The notes under the pieces were generated by a model. That model did not search any database, had not been told where the DNA came from, and saw only the letters and a program-made list of their open reading frames with translations. From positions 310,001 through 374,000 of the forward strand of contig JBPGPT010000008.1 of assembly GCA_051047955.1 (NCBI GenBank): a stretch of DNA of 64,000 nt, read 5' to 3'. The translations under genes were made by a program, and so were the position numbers. The stretch comes from Cystobasidiomycetes sp. EMM_F5 (Eukaryota). The stretch's first letter is position 1. Every line of letters begins with the position of its first letter. Below are positions 62,642 through 64,000 of the stretch, piece after piece.

Positions 62642-64000
62642 ATGATTCCATCCGTCGAGGACAGCTGCCTCTCCATCTTTCACTCACTCAGCTTCCTCGA
62701 CTCGCTGCCATTCAAGTCAAGTTCTCCGCTGGTCCGCGCTGCTCTGGCTACCCCAAGCGAGTTTGAAGGAACCTACATCCGAGAAGCAGATGCGCACGAG
62801 CTCGGTATATTTCAGCAGACGGGAGAGGATGGTACTGTCCTTCCTGGCAAAGCTAGACCATCAAACCGCGCAAATGGACAGGATACGACACATCAGCCCG
62901 AACGCGTAAACAGGCTACGAAGGAGTTTGCTTGGACGGAGTGCGAATGCGTACAGGCCAGGAAGTTATGACGCACCTCCGACGAACCGCATGTTTGTGCA
63001 GCGTGCTGGTCCACAACGCGTAGCTGGACCGGTAACCGCTACCCCGCTCAGGAAACAACGGCAGAAGGTTGCATCGACGCCTAGCAAGACATCGAAAGCA
63101 GAATACGATCCAGAAGTCTATCTGATAGCAGCACAGAAACTCCTGCACCACTAGTAGGTCGAGTCACTTTCGAATCATGTGGGTGTGATCTGAGAGACTG
63201 CCGGTTCTTTAGTGCGGATCCGACAGCTTCAGAACGCGTTCATCTACTCCTGTCGCAGTACGAGGGCCTAGTCGCTTCAATTGCTGATCTTGAAGAGGCG
63301 TTACGAGCCGTGCGTATCGCATGCGTGCGTTCTGTCACAGCTCGATAAAACTGATGTGCGCGTACATACCCACTACAGCCACTACAGCCGCCAGCGCGAG
63401 CCAAGACATTTAAGACTGATAGACAGGCAGATTCGAGTGTAATTGAAGGAGAACTTCGGCAATTGGAAATCGAGATCAAGCGAGAAGAGCTCGAAGTGCT
63501 AGCTCTTCAAGAAATGATTGCAGAACGTGAAAAGGAGGTGCGTTTGTGTCACCGTCCTGTCCGATGGTAAGGAGGTGCTGACAACCACCCCTTTGTTCTC
63601 GGTAGTCCCGACAAGCGAAATCTTCAACGCTCGAATTGCGTAAACCCGCTGATCGCACACTACTCAATGCTACTGTAAAGCGACCTGCAAGCAAAAGTGT
63701 AACGTCGGTCGATGCCTTGAAGACCTCCAATCCTGGTGGTATAACAAACACACAACGTCGAGTCCCGTCCGCAATTGCAATTGCAAAAGCTGCCTCAAAG
63801 TCTGCGCTTCAAGCATCAAGTGCTGCGTCTACCCTGAAGGTCGCCGATCCCGTTTCGGAGATGGAGTCGCCCGTGAAGAGTGAAGAGATAAACACGCCAG
63901 ATGTCCGAGTCAGCACAGAGCCTGCAGCTCTGCCCGTGGAAGCAAAGCCCAAGGCAAAGCCGGTCGTTCAGGCACCTCAGCTGTCCAGTATCCTCGTAAG
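62642..64000 (+). CDS. SPC34: DASH/Dam1 complex subunit Spc34, 3'-partial, with C-terminal extension
   Basis: LVRAAL...YIREADAHELGIF, ATPLRK, YDPEVYLIAAQKLLHHY..ASERVHLLLSQYEGLVASIADLEEAL and IKREELEVLALQE match the Spc34 pattern. The frame runs to a gtaag donor at the window end. Confidence 0.72.

Overview
Gene-dense, intron-rich eukaryotic DNA from a basidiomycete fungus; Pucciniomycotina is plausible but is an inference. The ORF track is fragmented by short (~50-65 nt) spliceosomal introns, so I rebuilt gene models by hand from GT/GC-AG junctions. About 29 protein-coding genes are supported: a 5'-partial ABCC transporter, a Kelch-BTB Mds3/Pmd1-like protein, EXO1, an orphan ubiquitin-like-domain protein, a strongly divergent TOR kinase, an alcohol-acetyltransferase-like enzyme, a Cwc23-like J protein, SAP30BP/HCNGP, GPI8, mitochondrial AsnRS, SmD1, Spc19, a GH13 alpha-glucosidase, an Nkp2/Cnl2-like protein, CHO1, a divergent H2B/H2A pair, polo kinase, Noc4, alkaline ceramidase, Nup98-Nup96, a hypothetical gene, a UDP-galactose transporter, a CFEM-like GPI protein, a Fus3/Kss1-type MAPK, an enolase-family sugar-acid dehydratase, PITHD1 and a 3'-partial Spc34. 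I saw no tRNA, rRNA, transposon or CRISPR. Most interesting: (1) a catalytically intact but heavily remodelled TOR, with altered FRB rapamycin pocket, gatekeeper/hinge, LST8-binding element and FATC; (2) an intron right after the Nup98 HFS cleavage motif, plus an apparently tail-truncated Nup96; (3) a GC-AG intron in SmD1 with a competing, stop-introducing GT donor; (4) H3-like STGGK repeats in the H2B and H2A tails; (5) a long alternative-frame ORF entering the MAPK kinase domain. Exon boundaries are manual and need RNA-seq; family assignments come from recalled motifs, not database searches.
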